Below are positions 1 to 11,271 of a stretch of DNA of 64,000 bases, piece after piece. The stretch spans positions 1,280,001 to 1,344,000 of the forward strand of contig OY970340.1 of the NCBI GenBank assembly GCA_963717465.1, written 5' to 3'. The translations under genes were made by a program, and so were the position numbers. This DNA comes from Candidatus Bathyarchaeota archaeon (lineage in GTDB: Archaea > Thermoproteota > Bathyarchaeia > Bathyarchaeales > Bathycorpusculaceae). Position 1 is the first letter of the stretch. The number at the start of each line of letters is the position of its first letter. The notes under the pieces are model-generated. The model saw only the letters and a list, made by a program, of their open reading frames with translations. It had not been told where the DNA came from and did no database searches.

Positions 1-257
1 GTGTTCAGTTTTAGTTTAGTAATTTTAGGAGTGACTGAGTACCCCTCGCGCCCTTTTTTCACTATTCCTTCTTCTTCTAGTCTACTGAGGATACGGGAAA
101 GCGTTTCTGGATGTATGCCTGTTCTTCGTTTTAAACCGTCAAATGTAAATACGGTTAAACCTTCTTCTTCTATCAATGACAGAACATCGCTATCGCGTTC
201 GCTAAATGAATAGTTAGCAGGCAGACTTTGCCAATTAACATCTAGCAGTAATATCAT
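1..257 (-). CDS. Winged-helix DNA-binding protein, partial (runs off window edge)
   Basis: Manual translation from ATG at 257: MILLDVNWQSLPANYSFSERDSDVLSLIEEEGLTVFTFDGLKRRTGIHPETLSRILSRLEEEGIVKKGREGYSVT, a typical wHTH pattern; not in ORF track. Confidence 0.75.
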   Translation of the reverse strand, partial: MILLLDVNWQSLPANYSFSERDSDVLSLIEEEGLTVFTFDGLKRRTGIHPETLSRILSRLEEEGIVKKGREGYSVTPKITKLKLN

Positions 258-478
258 TATTCTAAATTTTAGAATAGGAGTTACTTTTGAATGTTGCTCT
301 TATATTTGGAACAAAACTATGTATAACGGCGTTTTAGTAGGGTAACCATAATGAATCAGACATTCTTTAAATAGAAAAATTAATGAGGCATAACTTCATT
401 AATTAATAAGTAAATAGCCAAAGTTTCATGAAAACTATGCATTGAGTTTAGTTCTGATTCAAAAACTGCTTTTGAAAG

Positions 479-2779
479 GTGAAAGGTGAGTCTTGTTTGA
501 ATAACACTTGTGAGTCTCAGGAAAAAGCAAGTGAGCCCTTGAGAATTAACGCTGAAACCATTCGTTCCACGCTAAATAACTCAAAAATTCCTGCTTCATT
601 TAACATGATAACTTTTTCTCATAATGGAACGCCTACGGACTTTGTACATCTTGCCATAAACGAAGCCTACAAGAAATTAACAGGTCAAACCGAAGATGAA
701 TTAGTAGACAAAAGATTCACCGATGCCTTTAAGGAAAGACCAGAAAATAATGCTGGTTTGATATCTCTTTTTGCAAGCGTGGCACTGACAGGTGTGCCCG
801 CTGAAATCGACAAATATTTCAATAGTCTTCAAAAATGGGTTCATATTTCCATTTTGAGCTCTGAAAAAAATTTTTTCACTTGGCTTCTTGAAGACATAAC
901 TGAGAAAAAACTGCTGGAATTAGAACTGGGCGGAAATAATCAAAATACACCATTAATGTCCAAACTTGACAGTGGACTGTGGGTGATAAACAATCAAGGG
1001 ATCACTACATATGTGAATTCTAAAATTGCATGCATACTTGGTTACTCAGTCAATGAAATTCTGGGTCGCTGTTTTCTGAAGTTTTTAGATGACCACGAAA
1101 TGGAAATCATTAAGGATGCTTGGCGAGAAAAAGATTCAATTGACCAAATTGAAATAGCATTTATTCGTAAAGACGGAACCCCCATTTACGCTTTAGTCTA
1201 CACTTCGCTTTTACTAGACGGCGCGGGCGACATTTCAGGGAAAATCATGCGGGTAATAGACATTTCTGAACGCAAGAGATTTGAAGAGATCCTATCAAAA
1301 ACTCAAACGAAGTATCAAAGTCTCTTTCAAAATATGGCTGAGGGCTTCGCTTATTTCCAAGTGCTATTCGACCAGCTTGGAAACCCTGTTGATTTTGTCT
1401 TTTCAGATGTTAATGAAGCGTTCAGGCGACTTGTTGGACTACAAAATAGGGCAGTCTTAGGGCGAAGAATTGGGGAAGTTTTTCCAATCTTAAGAAAGGA
1501 TCTTTTTGATTGGTTTAAACTCATCGGTAACGTGTCCGTGGGTAGGAATATAGCTTTTGAAAAGTATGTGCCGCAAATGAACAAATGGTTATCTTTACAC
1601 GCGTATTCTTCTGAGAAAGGCTATTTTGCTGTAATACTGGAAGATGTAACTTCTAGAAAAAGAATTGAACAGGATTTAAGGAAAAGTGAGAAAAGATACA
1701 AACAACTTGCCGATAGTATAACCGACCTTTTTTTTGCCGTAAATTCCAGTTTAAAATTCACTTACTGGAATAAAGCAAGTGAAATATTTACAGGACTTGG
1801 CAATGAAGAGGTTATTGAGCATCGTTTCTTTGATGTATTTGGAAAAGAGGATGATGTAGCTCAAAGAATTGCCAAGATCTGTCTTAACACAACTAAAACT
1901 AAGAAACCCCACGCTTATACTGGTAGACTGCCAAAATTCCATGGTGACCGCATCTTTGATGTCTATTTTTATCCGACTGGTAATGGCATCTCCATTTTAG
2001 CAAAAGATGTCACAGAGCGGAAAAAACTGCAGGAGACACTTGAGCATTACGCTCAACATTTAGAGGAACTCGTTAAGATTAGGACAGAAAAACTTAGAGG
2101 TGCTGAAAGGTTTGTTGCTATAGGCGAGACTGCTGGGATGATTGGCCATGATATTCGCAACCCCTTGCAGTCTATCATAGGCGAATTGTATCTTGCTAAA
2201 AATGAGTTACAAGCGCTGGATGACTGTGCAACCAAGGAAAATCTGTCTGAAAGCATTCGTTTTATTGAAGAGCAAACCGTTTACATCAACAAAATAGTTT
2301 CCGACCTGCAAGATTATTCTAAAGAAATAGCGCCTGTAATTGAGGAAACAAATGTGGAGGAACTTGTAAAGGCGGTAACATCCAAATTAGATGTCCCTGA
2401 TGACATCAAGGTTTCTTATTCGGTGACCAAACCTTTCCCAGCAATACTAACTGACCCGTTGTTTTTGACCCGCATATTGACGAATTTAGCTCTTAACGGC
2501 TTGCAAGCCATACCGGATTCTGGAGGAGAATTAACCATAAACTCGTCTATTAGGGAACAAAAGGTTATAATCACCGTAGCAGACACCGGAAAAGGTATTC
2601 CCGATGAGATTAAGAGTAAAATTTTCAAGCCATTATTCACGACTAAACCTAAAGGTCAAGGTTTTGGCTTGGCAGTTGTAAAGAAACTAGTGGAAGGCTT
2701 AAACGGTACAGTATGCTTTGAGACTAGCATAGGAAAAGGGACGAAGTTTATCGTTGAAATCCCTTTTCTAAAAGAGTAA
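479..2779 (+). CDS. Multi-PAS sensor histidine kinase
   Basis: About four PAS repeats, H-box GHDIRNPL, N-box NLALNG, DTGKGI, FKPLFTTK, GQGFGL; no TM segments. Confidence 0.95.
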   Translation: MKGESCLNNTCESQEKASEPLRINAETIRSTLNNSKIPASFNMITFSHNGTPTDFVHLAINEAYKKLTGQTEDELVDKRFTDAFKERPENNAGLISLFASVALTGVPAEIDKYFNSLQKWVHISILSSEKNFFTWLLEDITEKKLLELELGGNNQNTPLMSKLDSGLWVINNQGITTYVNSKIACILGYSVNEILGRCFLKFLDDHEMEIIKDAWREKDSIDQIEIAFIRKDGTPIYALVYTSLLLDGAGDISGKIMRVIDISERKRFEEILSKTQTKYQSLFQNMAEGFAYFQVLFDQLGNPVDFVFSDVNEAFRRLVGLQNRAVLGRRIGEVFPILRKDLFDWFKLIGNVSVGRNIAFEKYVPQMNKWLSLHAYSSEKGYFAVILEDVTSRKRIEQDLRKSEKRYKQLADSITDLFFAVNSSLKFTYWNKASEIFTGLGNEEVIEHRFFDVFGKEDDVAQRIAKICLNTTKTKKPHAYTGRLPKFHGDRIFDVYFYPTGNGISILAKDVTERKKLQETLEHYAQHLEELVKIRTEKLRGAERFVAIGETAGMIGHDIRNPLQSIIGELYLAKNELQALDDCATKENLSESIRFIEEQTVYINKIVSDLQDYSKEIAPVIEETNVEELVKAVTSKLDVPDDIKVSYSVTKPFPAILTDPLFLTRILTNLALNGLQAIPDSGGELTINSSIREQKVIITVADTGKGIPDEIKSKIFKPLFTTKPKGQGFGLAVVKKLVEGLNGTVCFETSIGKGTKFIVEIPFLKE

Positions 2780-2898
2780 CTAGCCAATAGCCAATTGATT
2801 TTTTGGTTTGGTTGGTTATTTGCTTCTTTTTATTCATTTTTTGTAGTAGAAACATTTATGAAATAAGCTGAAGAAGGACTTAAGCTCAAGAGATTATA

Positions 2899-3558
2899 AT
2901 GGTTCAAAGTCGGTTACTAGCTAAAGGCATATTCTTAGATTTAGATGGTACAATAGTAGATTCCAGTGAAGCCTACATTGAAGCAGCAAGAATCGCCTAT
3001 ACCGCTGTTGGACTTAAGCCGCCTGAAGCAAAAACAGCACTACTAGAAATTCCACGTAGACTTGAACAACGCTTAGCTTTTGATGATATAATGAATGGGA
3101 ATAAACAAAAATTTATTGATGTTTACTTAAGAAGTTACTATTCGCTTACCTATGAGAAAACGAGGCTTATTCCTAAGGTTGCTGCAACGCTTAAAATTCT
3201 TTCAGAGAAAGCCAAGTTAGCATTAATCACCATGCGTTATGTTTCTAAAGAAACAATTATTACCGAATTAACACAATTTGATGTTGCCAAATATTTTACT
3301 CATGTTGTAACCGCTTTGGATACTCCTAAACCTAAACCTTTCCCTGATGGGTTACTTGCCTGTGTGAAAGCCTTGGATGTTGAAGTGTGCCAATGTATCA
3401 TTGCCGGCGATTCAATCAGTGATGTTCGGGCTGGAAAAGCTGCTGGAGCTAGGACAGTTGCCGTTTTATCAGGGATATTTTATCAGGAAGAACTTGCTAA
3501 GGAGCGTCCAGACTTAATTTTGCCTAATCTGAACATGCTTCCCGACTTTATCGAATAA
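2899..3558 (+). CDS. HAD-family hydrolase (phosphoglycolate phosphatase-like)
   Basis: DLDGT motif I, KP motif III, GDSISD motif IV. Confidence 0.9.
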   Translation: MVQSRLLAKGIFLDLDGTIVDSSEAYIEAARIAYTAVGLKPPEAKTALLEIPRRLEQRLAFDDIMNGNKQKFIDVYLRSYYSLTYEKTRLIPKVAATLKILSEKAKLALITMRYVSKETIITELTQFDVAKYFTHVVTALDTPKPKPFPDGLLACVKALDVEVCQCIIAGDSISDVRAGKAAGARTVAVLSGIFYQEELAKERPDLILPNLNMLPDFIE

Positions 3559-3693
3559 GTATTTTGTAATATTCCCAAGCTGGTAATATTGCAAAAAACC
3601 GCCTAAAGCAGTTATATGCGGAAGAAAAATAAAGTTTAATTAAAACCTCCATTACATAGGTCTAATGGAGAGGGCTTCAGAGCGGGAATCAGA

Positions 3694-4309
3694 ATGAACT
3701 TTGTTGAAATAATGATTGGGGAGAAATTAAAAGAAGCAGATCCAGCCTTAGACATTTTAGGCTCAGACCGCAAGGTTCTACAGGTTGCTTGCCAAGACTT
3801 CACAAACTACTTAAAGTTCCATTGGAACCTTATTGGAAATGAGTCAAGCCAATGTGAAATTGTCGAAAAACTGGAAAAAATTTTCCACGAAGAACCAAAT
3901 GAACTAGAGTCTTTTCTTACTGTTTGGATTGGCATGTGGTTCAAGAAGTGGAAGGAACGTGTTAAACTGCTTATTGGAGACCAAAACGCTAAGCAAATGG
4001 AACAAAGCATCAAAAGCATTGAGTAATGCCGAGCCGTTATGGCGCAAAATCGAACACAAACAAGAACTTCAAGAAGTCGTAGTCTTTTCCCTGCTGAAGA
4101 ATGGCGAAATCTGCGGAACTGAAATCTTATCTGAAAACCTGCTAAAAATGGAACTTGGCGAGAAAAACGTTCAATCAATGACAGATAAAGAACAAGTCTT
4201 CACAATCGTGAACAACGCTTTAAGAAAAGCTCGTGAAATGGCGCAAAGCAAAGGTCCGCTTATCTTCGTAAAGATTGATAAAGGATATTATAACTCATCA
4301 AACGAGTAA
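3694..4309 (+). CDS. Hypothetical protein, split by one frameshift near 3985
   Basis: Overlapping ORFs 3694-4026 and 3929-4309 join into one protein-like ~205 aa reading. Confidence 0.65.
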
Positions 4310-4336
4310 AAATTATAACTCATCAAACGAGTAAAA
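4287..4336 (+). repeat. Perfect 25-nt tandem duplication covering the stop codon of the upstream gene
   Basis: ATTATAACTCATCAAACGAGTAAAA at 4287-4311 and 4312-4336. Confidence 0.95.
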
Positions 4337-4458
4337 ACTCATTTTTTAACTCTACATTACTTTCTTGTAAGAGTCATATTGAGTCTTACTTAAAAGCTTA
4401 AAGAAATCGTGTAGCAATAAACACTAGAACAAGAAAATGCAAAAAAGCTTGGTTGCTA

Positions 4459-4647
4459 TTAAATTACTCTTTGGCGTTGCAGCGTCTTAGTCTGCCAGGC
4501 ATAATGCCTGATAGTTGTTGTTTCACCGTAGCCGCAAGCTGCACAGCGTTTCTTTCGTACATGGTAAGCGCGTCTTCCGCATCGTCTGCATTTTATATGC
4601 ACGGTTTTGCCTTGTCGCTTACCCATTGATGGAGTGCCTTTTCCCAC
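4459..4647 (-). CDS. rpl37e: 50S ribosomal protein L37e
   Basis: GKGTPSMGKR...HIKCRRCGRRAYH...CAACGYG zinc ribbon; probable GTG start at 4647; follows lsm. Confidence 0.97.
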   Translation of the reverse strand: MGKGTPSMGKRQGKTVHIKCRRCGRRAYHVRKKRCAACGYGETTTIRHYAWQTKTLQRQRVI

Positions 4648-4652
4648 GGCGA

Positions 4653-4880
4653 TCACCTGGGCGGAGGCGAAATCAGGACTACGTTATCTCCACGAACGAT
4701 TATCAGTCCAAGTTTCATCTGGTTTTCAATCACGGTTGTATCTTCTGTTTCTTCTAAAACAAGATTTAAGTGCTGGTCGAAACCCTTCAATCTTCCTCTA
4801 AGGCTTTTTCCGCCTTTAAGTCGCACAAGTACTATTTTGCCCAAGTTTTGCTCAAGAATTTCAGTGGTCATTTCGCTCAT
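4653..4880 (-). CDS. lsm: Sm-like archaeal protein (Lsm/SmAP)
   Basis: Sm1 GRLKGFDQHLNLVL and Sm2 IIVRGDNV; conserved lsm-rpl37e pair. Confidence 0.97.
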   Translation of the reverse strand: MSEMTTEILEQNLGKIVLVRLKGGKSLRGRLKGFDQHLNLVLEETEDTTVIENQMKLGLIIVRGDNVVLISPPPR

Positions 4881-5089
4881 TCTGGAATCCTCATGTACAT
4901 TTATGTCAATCTATACTTTAACTCTTTCAATTTAAACCTATCTAAGGAGAGATTCAAATTATTGCAGGTATGTTTCCATCCATTGATATCCAAACAACCA
5001 TTTTCTGAGCATAAGTGTATATAGAAATATACGCACCGCATAGTGCACGAACTAATCATGTGCGTTCCTCATTATTTAACAGGTCTGCT

Positions 5090-6152
5090 TTAGTGATCGG
5101 CATAGTATTTGGCAATGGCTTCAAAGGATTCTTTTGGTTCCCATGGCATATCAGGATAAGTTTTGCCGTGCTTTCCATCATCGTAATATTTCACTAAGCT
5201 TGAGCTTGCCATGTTCTAGGTCAAAGTATGGGTTTTCAGAGTAAGGAGTAATCTGGGATATGAATTGAGATATGAATGCACCCTCTACTCCAGCTTTATC
5301 CAAAACATTGAGCTGATCAACGAGTTGACTGACTTGCCAAGCTTCGTCTCTGACATAATTGCCGCGAAGATGTGGACGCACTAATAAACCTATCAATGGT
5401 AATTGATGGAGAAACTGAGACCTGACATCAATTATGTTCGTGTTCAGACCCGCGGAACCTAATAGGCCTTCTGAGCCGATTCCTCCTTGATATGTTGCGT
5501 AGCCAAACTCAGTTATAACGACTGGTTTGCTAAAGGCAAAAAGCGGCTTCATCATGTCTACATATTGATCTTTGATTCGCTCGATTCGATAATGGTCGAC
5601 TCCTACAAAATCGAATATGTTCCAATCTACCGCTTCAAAAATTAGTGAAACGTACGTAAGCTTCCCCTGAAACTCTTTTCTAACAGCCTTATTTACGGAA
5701 AACAAATAGTCATTTAATGGTTTGTTGTGCTCTCCAGCCATTATACCTGATTTTAAGTTTGGGTTCTTAATGCGTGAAACAAAGTTCCTGCCCTCAATTA
5801 TTCCATTCATAAACAAAGTTAACTCAGAACCGACGCTGAGCACTATGGAATCTGACCAACGCTTATGCAAGGTTTCTGCCGCTATAGCGACTTTGCTCAT
5901 GTACTTAAGTGTCTTCTCTGGGCTTTTGTTCCACATTTGGGGAGAAAGCCAAACTTCCAAACCCTGTCTAAGAGCATCCTCAGCGATAGTTATCAAACGA
6001 TCAATGCTAAGACCACAGATTCTAACTGCATTGCAATGCAAATCATTCTTCATAATCTCCAGCTCTTGATGGACAATCCTTGGATTAAAATCAGGACGCC
6101 AATTATAACCCATTGAACATCCGACATCATAAGAAACTCCCTTTCGCTTCAT
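5090..6152 (-). CDS. Glycoside-hydrolase-like TIM-barrel protein, frameshift near 5213
   Basis: KGVSYDVG, DLHCNAVRICG, VGSEL and VITEFG motifs; C-terminus continues in another frame as DMASSSLVKYYDDGKHGKTYPDMPWEPKESFEAIAKYYADH*. Confidence 0.7.
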
Positions 6153-6348
6153 TTTCTCATCTTTTCTAAACCTTACTCTGTATATCTTTTGTGCCGAATT
6201 TTCTTTAAATTTTCTGATTTCTATTAAATTTTAATTGAATAATTTTCAGATTTTTTCATGTTGCTCTAATTTAACTTTGCAGTGTTAATTATTAAATCGA
6301 AATAATGATTTTATATTTGACCTTTATTTTTATTGGTGGAGGGCTGAG

Positions 6349-9127
6349 GTGAATAGGGAGTTGGCAACGGGAGTTTTTTTAACTGGTAGTAATGGTTTCA
6401 TCGGTACGCAGATTGCCAGAAACCTGATTCTTGAAACGAATTCCCAAATTACGGCTTTAGTTAGAGGTGAAAATCAGGAAAATGCTGTTCTGCGCCTTAA
6501 AAGGGCTTGGTGGGAATGGCCAGAGTTGAAAGATCAAGTTGGCAAGCGTGTTGTTGTCCTTAATGGGGATTTGTCAGCGCCTAACATGAGTTTGTCCGAT
6601 TCCGATTATGATTATCTCGTTAATGATACTTCTTATGTCATTCATGCGGCTGCCAATACGACTCCCAATTTGCAATTGGAGGAACTTGAGAAAATAAATG
6701 TTGTTGGATCAGCCAACATAATGGAGCTTGCTAAAAAAATTCAGAATGACCATGGATTGAAGCGGCTTTCGCATATTTCTACGGCTTTTGTTGCTGGTCG
6801 GCGAGATGAATCAATCAGCGAAAACGACCTTACTGATAAATATGGTTTCAGCAGCCTTTATGAGAAAACAAAGTATCAAAGCGAGCTACTGATGAATGAT
6901 GCAAGAAACGTATTGCCCATTTCGATTTTTAGACCAAGTCTCGTAGTAGGGGATTCAAAAACCGGCGCCATAAGGACGTTTAACACGGTTTACTACATGA
7001 TAAAACTGTACATGACTGGGCACCTTAGGCTGGCGCCAGCTTCACCAGCACTTAAAATAAACATTGTTCCAGTGGACTATGTTGCCGACTCAGTTGTCAA
7101 ACTAACGTTTGATGATAAAGCAAGCGGTTTAACCTTTCATCTTACATCACCAGCTGACAAGACGCCAACTGCTTCCGAACTATTCAAGTATGTCCGGGTG
7201 TGGGCAAGAGATAATATGAAATTGAATTTGCCAAATCTCATTTTTGCTCCATCGTTAGGAAAGGCAACGCAAAGCTATCTTTCGCTCACAAGCCATCAAA
7301 ATCCATCCGCTAAGAAAATCAATGACGCCTTTAAGACGCTATCACCCTATTTCAGTCAAAACAAAGATTTCAAGCGTGAAAATATAGATCGACTGATGGG
7401 ACCTTACACCCTTAACTGGATGGATTATCTTGGAAACTTGCTTCAATACGCTGTTCACTATAGCTTCTTCCACCGCTCTGAAAGAACAGTACATGAGCAA
7501 ATTCTATTTCGTCTGCAAAGCGAAGCAAAGCCAATAACTTACCATGAAATATGCGACGGAAAAGTCATCACTTATAAAACAAAGGACGTGCGAGATGAAA
7601 TATTAACAGTAGCCGCCGCCATGAAAAACATGGGCATTAAAAAAGGCGACGCTGTAGCTATAATAACACCTAATACCATTCGATACTTACTGGTTGACGT
7701 TGCCACCGGCTTGTTAGGTGCAGTTCTAAGCCCGTTGTACATCACAACACCGGTTGCAGAACTGAAAAAGATTCTTGCAGAGAATAAAGCAAAAATCTTG
7801 TTCGTAGGATCCGCTAAACTTTTGAAAGAAATTGCCAAAATAAACATCGATATAACAATTGTTTCTCTTCTTAAAGAGCACTTTGACTCAAAAGAATTCG
7901 ATCAAGTATTATCTTGGCAGCAATTCGTGAGCAAATCAAACAATGAGAAAGTATCTGATATGGGACCTATGGGTTTTGAGGACCTCGCAACGATACGGTA
8001 CACTTATGGATCAACAGGTGACTCCAAAGGTGCATGCCTTGAACACGGCGGCCTACGCTATCTTGCAGAGTCTTTAGCCTCAAATCTTCCTTGGAAGATT
8101 CGAAACTCGGAAATTCGTTACCTTTCGTTTCTTCCTTTAAACCATGTCGCCGAAGGCATAAATGCAGCATATGCTCCTTACTATGTTCCAGCCAAGATTG
8201 ACCTTTACTATCTTGAAGATTTCAAATTCTTGCAGCAAGCTCTTAGAATAACAAGACCGAGCATATTCTTTTCTATTCCAAGGTTTTACGAGAAACTCTG
8301 GGAAGCCTTGTTAGCTAATCCAGTAGGGAAACGTTATGTCGAAGCAAAAAACGGGCTTGTGAAGAATTTACTAAGAAGATTGGTGCATAATAGTCTCCTT
8401 AGTAAGTCGGGCTTAGATGAATGTTCCGAATTCATTGTGGGAGCGGCTTGTACAAGTGACATATTGATTAAGAATTTTAAAGACTTAGGGATTGAAATAC
8501 AGAATGCGTATGGGCTGTCGGAAGCGCCTCTTGTTACTATGAACAGGCTTGGTTTAAGCAAAGCAGATACGGTGGGTCCACCGCTTTTAGGTACTAACAT
8601 ACGCATTGATGAAGATGGCGAAGTTCTAATCAAGGGACCACAAGTAATGAAAGGATATCTTGGTTCTAAAAAAGAACAGCCTTTCAAGAACGGTTGGCTG
8701 GCAACTGGGGACATTGGAGAAATAACAGTTGATGGGCATTTAAAAATAAATGGGCGGAAGAAAACATATTCTCGTCACTTCATATGGCAAAAAGATTCCA
8801 GTTGATAAGATTGAAGCTTCACTAAAAACGATTGAATGCGTGAAAGATGCTTTGCTTGTAGGTAACAATCAGCCTTATTGCAGTGCGGTTATTTGGGTTG
8901 ACAAGAATGAGCCCTATGATAAAACGAAAATAGCTCAAGCAATCGATGAAATCAATAAAGGCCTTGAAGGACCAGCGCAAATTAAACGCTTTGAAATAGT
9001 GGAAGAAGAATACTCAAAAACACCCGAAGACAGCTTAAAAATAAAAAGGCAAGACTTGCTTCAGAAAGCAGAGAAGACTATCGAACTTATATATTCTCCT
9101 CAAAACGCAAGCACCCAAATTAACTAA
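6349..9127 (+). CDS. Fusion of extended-SDR (fatty acyl-CoA/thioester reductase-like) and long-chain acyl-CoA synthetase-like domains, frameshift near 8760
   Basis: TGSNGFIG, HISTAFVAG, YEKTK, RPSLVVG in the N-half; YTYGSTGDSKG, FLPLNHVAE, YGLSE, TGDIG and SLKIKR (8750-9127 frame) in the C-half. Confidence 0.88.
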
Positions 9128-9202
9128 TGATTGACCAGTTTATCATGAAAAGCGACTTATGTAACCTTTAAAGAAGGATAGTAATGCCGTAAATACTGGC
9201 TT

Positions 9203-9425
9203 AACTAGTTTTGTTTTGTCAGGATTCGTCTGATTTCTCGCTGCTCGCCATTTTCCAAGTCTTCACTGCTCCCTCGTAATTATTGTGAATCGCCATGTAA
9301 CTAATTCAGGAGATAATTACTGATAATTCTTTCAGCCCTGATCGGCTTTGCCAAAATGAATGGTCTTTTAACAGTCTCTATGGCTTCACCTTTGCCTCTG
9401 GCGCGCGATGCAACTGATATGCGAG
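9203..9425 (-). pseudogene. Possible decayed gene fragment
   Basis: Frame ISVASRARGKGEAIETVKRPFILAKPIRAERIISNYLLN*LHGDSQ*LRG... with internal stops; RGKG weakly recalls a GNAT motif. Confidence 0.25.
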
Positions 9426-9536
9426 AATATAATTAATCATAAAAAATGAGAGATTGAACGCGAAATTGATTGTTCGGATTGTTACTTGATCGTCATTCCT
9501 TGCTTAAAAGTCACATTCACCAAAGCTTTTTAATCA

Positions 9537-9570
9537 AATCTAACGTAATCTTCAATCTAACGTACTCTTC
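9537..9570 (+). promoter_or_regulatory. 17-nt tandem repeat just downstream of a TATA-like element; candidate operator
   Basis: AATCTAACGTAATCTTC / AATCTAACGTACTCTTC following CTTTTTAAT, upstream of the 9609 ATG. Confidence 0.45.
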
Positions 9571-9608
9571 ATTAGAAATATTAGAGTGAGACTGGGAGAA
9601 GGCATATT

Positions 9609-10619
9609 ATGAAAAATATGAAAATCTTTATGACGGGTGCCAGTGGATTTATTGGCCAACAGGTCGCTAATATTCTGTTGGAAAAGGGTCATGACCTTGT
9701 GTGCTTAACGCACCAGAAGAGCATAGACAATGCCCGCATCAAAACGGTGCAGGGTAACATCTTGGATAAAAACTCCTTGATAGCCATGAAAGGCTGCGAT
9801 GCGGTTATTGCTGCCGCCGCCGTTTACGTGATCGGACCGACAAAACCGGTGCGTCGGACCATGCATGACATCAACGTGACTGGCGCCAAAAACACCTTGG
9901 ATTTAGCCGTAGAATTGGGAATCCCCAAAATAGTCTATGTGTCCTCGATCGTGGTGTTCAATGACACCACGCCCTTCGGCGTCGCGAGTGAAAAAGATTT
10001 GGGAAATTATGCGAAACCGTGTTGGACGCTGTATGGCCAAACCAAACGGGATGCGCATATTTACGCCCAAAAGCTGATCGATGAAAAACACGCCCCGATT
10101 GTGATAGCAATGCCAAGCATGGTATTTGGGGAAGATGATCATTCCGTGACTGATGCTTTTCTCAAGCAAATTGTGCAAGGAACCTTAATGGGACAGATTC
10201 AATTTAAAGTGAGCGAAAATTTTAATTATGTGACAGATGTCGCGCAGGGAATTGTGCTCTGTTTGGAGAAAGGAACCCCTGGCCCGTATATCATCGGGGG
10301 GCCACCCGAAAATAATTTAAATCCCAGTACGTTTCTGGAAAAATGTGCGCAAGCGGGGGGATATCAACTACCAAAGCGAAGCTTCTCAGTGCGCGCGTTA
10401 AGCATATTTGAGAAATTCTATCGATTGCGGGGGGCCATCACAGGCAAGTATGAGACTGTCAATGCCGAATTGATCAAAATGAATTATTCTAACCTCCAAG
10501 TATCCAACGCCAAGGCGGTTCGGGAATTAGGATATCAACCCCGCCCCATCGAAGAGGGCATTCAGCGCACTATGGCGTGGTACAAGCAAAAATATGACAA
10601 ACGAGTGGCGGAATCGTAA
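9609..10619 (+). CDS. NAD-dependent epimerase/dehydratase family (dihydroflavonol reductase / 3-beta-HSD-like)
   Basis: TGASGFIG, VYVSS, YGQTK; codon usage is more GC-rich than the neighbours. Confidence 0.88.
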   Translation: MKNMKIFMTGASGFIGQQVANILLEKGHDLVCLTHQKSIDNARIKTVQGNILDKNSLIAMKGCDAVIAAAAVYVIGPTKPVRRTMHDINVTGAKNTLDLAVELGIPKIVYVSSIVVFNDTTPFGVASEKDLGNYAKPCWTLYGQTKRDAHIYAQKLIDEKHAPIVIAMPSMVFGEDDHSVTDAFLKQIVQGTLMGQIQFKVSENFNYVTDVAQGIVLCLEKGTPGPYIIGGPPENNLNPSTFLEKCAQAGGYQLPKRSFSVRALSIFEKFYRLRGAITGKYETVNAELIKMNYSNLQVSNAKAVRELGYQPRPIEEGIQRTMAWYKQKYDKRVAES

Positions 10620-10735
10620 TTTTTTTCTATAACTTTTTTTAACTCTTTGTCCAATTATTATATGAGTTAACTGGTACCTATGCTTGATTAAGAGAAAAGC
10701 TAAATTAACCTGCAAACAGAAAAATCCTTGATGAT

Positions 10736-11230
10736 ATGCCCACAAAAAATCGTAGGTACAGCCTAAAAGGCAAGGAATCAAAACAGGTTCTAAGTGAGCT
10801 TTCAAGTAAACTAAAAATTGATTTAGATACAAAAGATAATGTTGAAGTTGTCGAAGCTGAAGTTGGCACGATTTACCTGTTAAATGGCAAACCATGCTTT
10901 TTCAAAATAGAAAATGAGGAAGCTTTGCCTACCTTAACATGCAAAGAATTCTCAGACAAGGCACCTAAAATCGTCGTTGATATGGGCGCTGTTCCATATG
11001 TTTGCAAGGGAGCGGATGTTATGGCTCCAGGTATCGTGCGCTATGAAGGTAGCTTCTCTAAGGGTGATGTCGTGCTTGTTGTTGATGTAAAGTATGGTAA
11101 ACATCTAGCATTAGGTGAAAGTCTATTCAACTCGGAAGAAGCTAAGAGCATTAAAAAAGGGGCCATTCTTAAAACTAAGCATTATGTTGGCGACAAAATT
11201 TGGAATTTCTCTAAAGCATTTTACGAGTAA
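10736..11230 (+). CDS. PUA-domain RNA-binding protein (DUF1947+PUA, MCT-1/Tma20-like)
   Basis: VVDMGAVPYVCKGADVMAPGI and HYVGDKIW motifs. Confidence 0.92.
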   Translation: MPTKNRRYSLKGKESKQVLSELSSKLKIDLDTKDNVEVVEAEVGTIYLLNGKPCFFKIENEEALPTLTCKEFSDKAPKIVVDMGAVPYVCKGADVMAPGIVRYEGSFSKGDVVLVVDVKYGKHLALGESLFNSEEAKSIKKGAILKTKHYVGDKIWNFSKAFYE

Positions 11231-11271
11231 TTTTCGAAAATAACATATATTCAATAGTATTTTAATGATTA

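Noticed and set aside
1..213. Plus-strand 70-aa ORF in the track
   Set aside because: Antisense shadow of the minus-strand wHTH gene; most short nested ORFs in the track were discarded for the same reason
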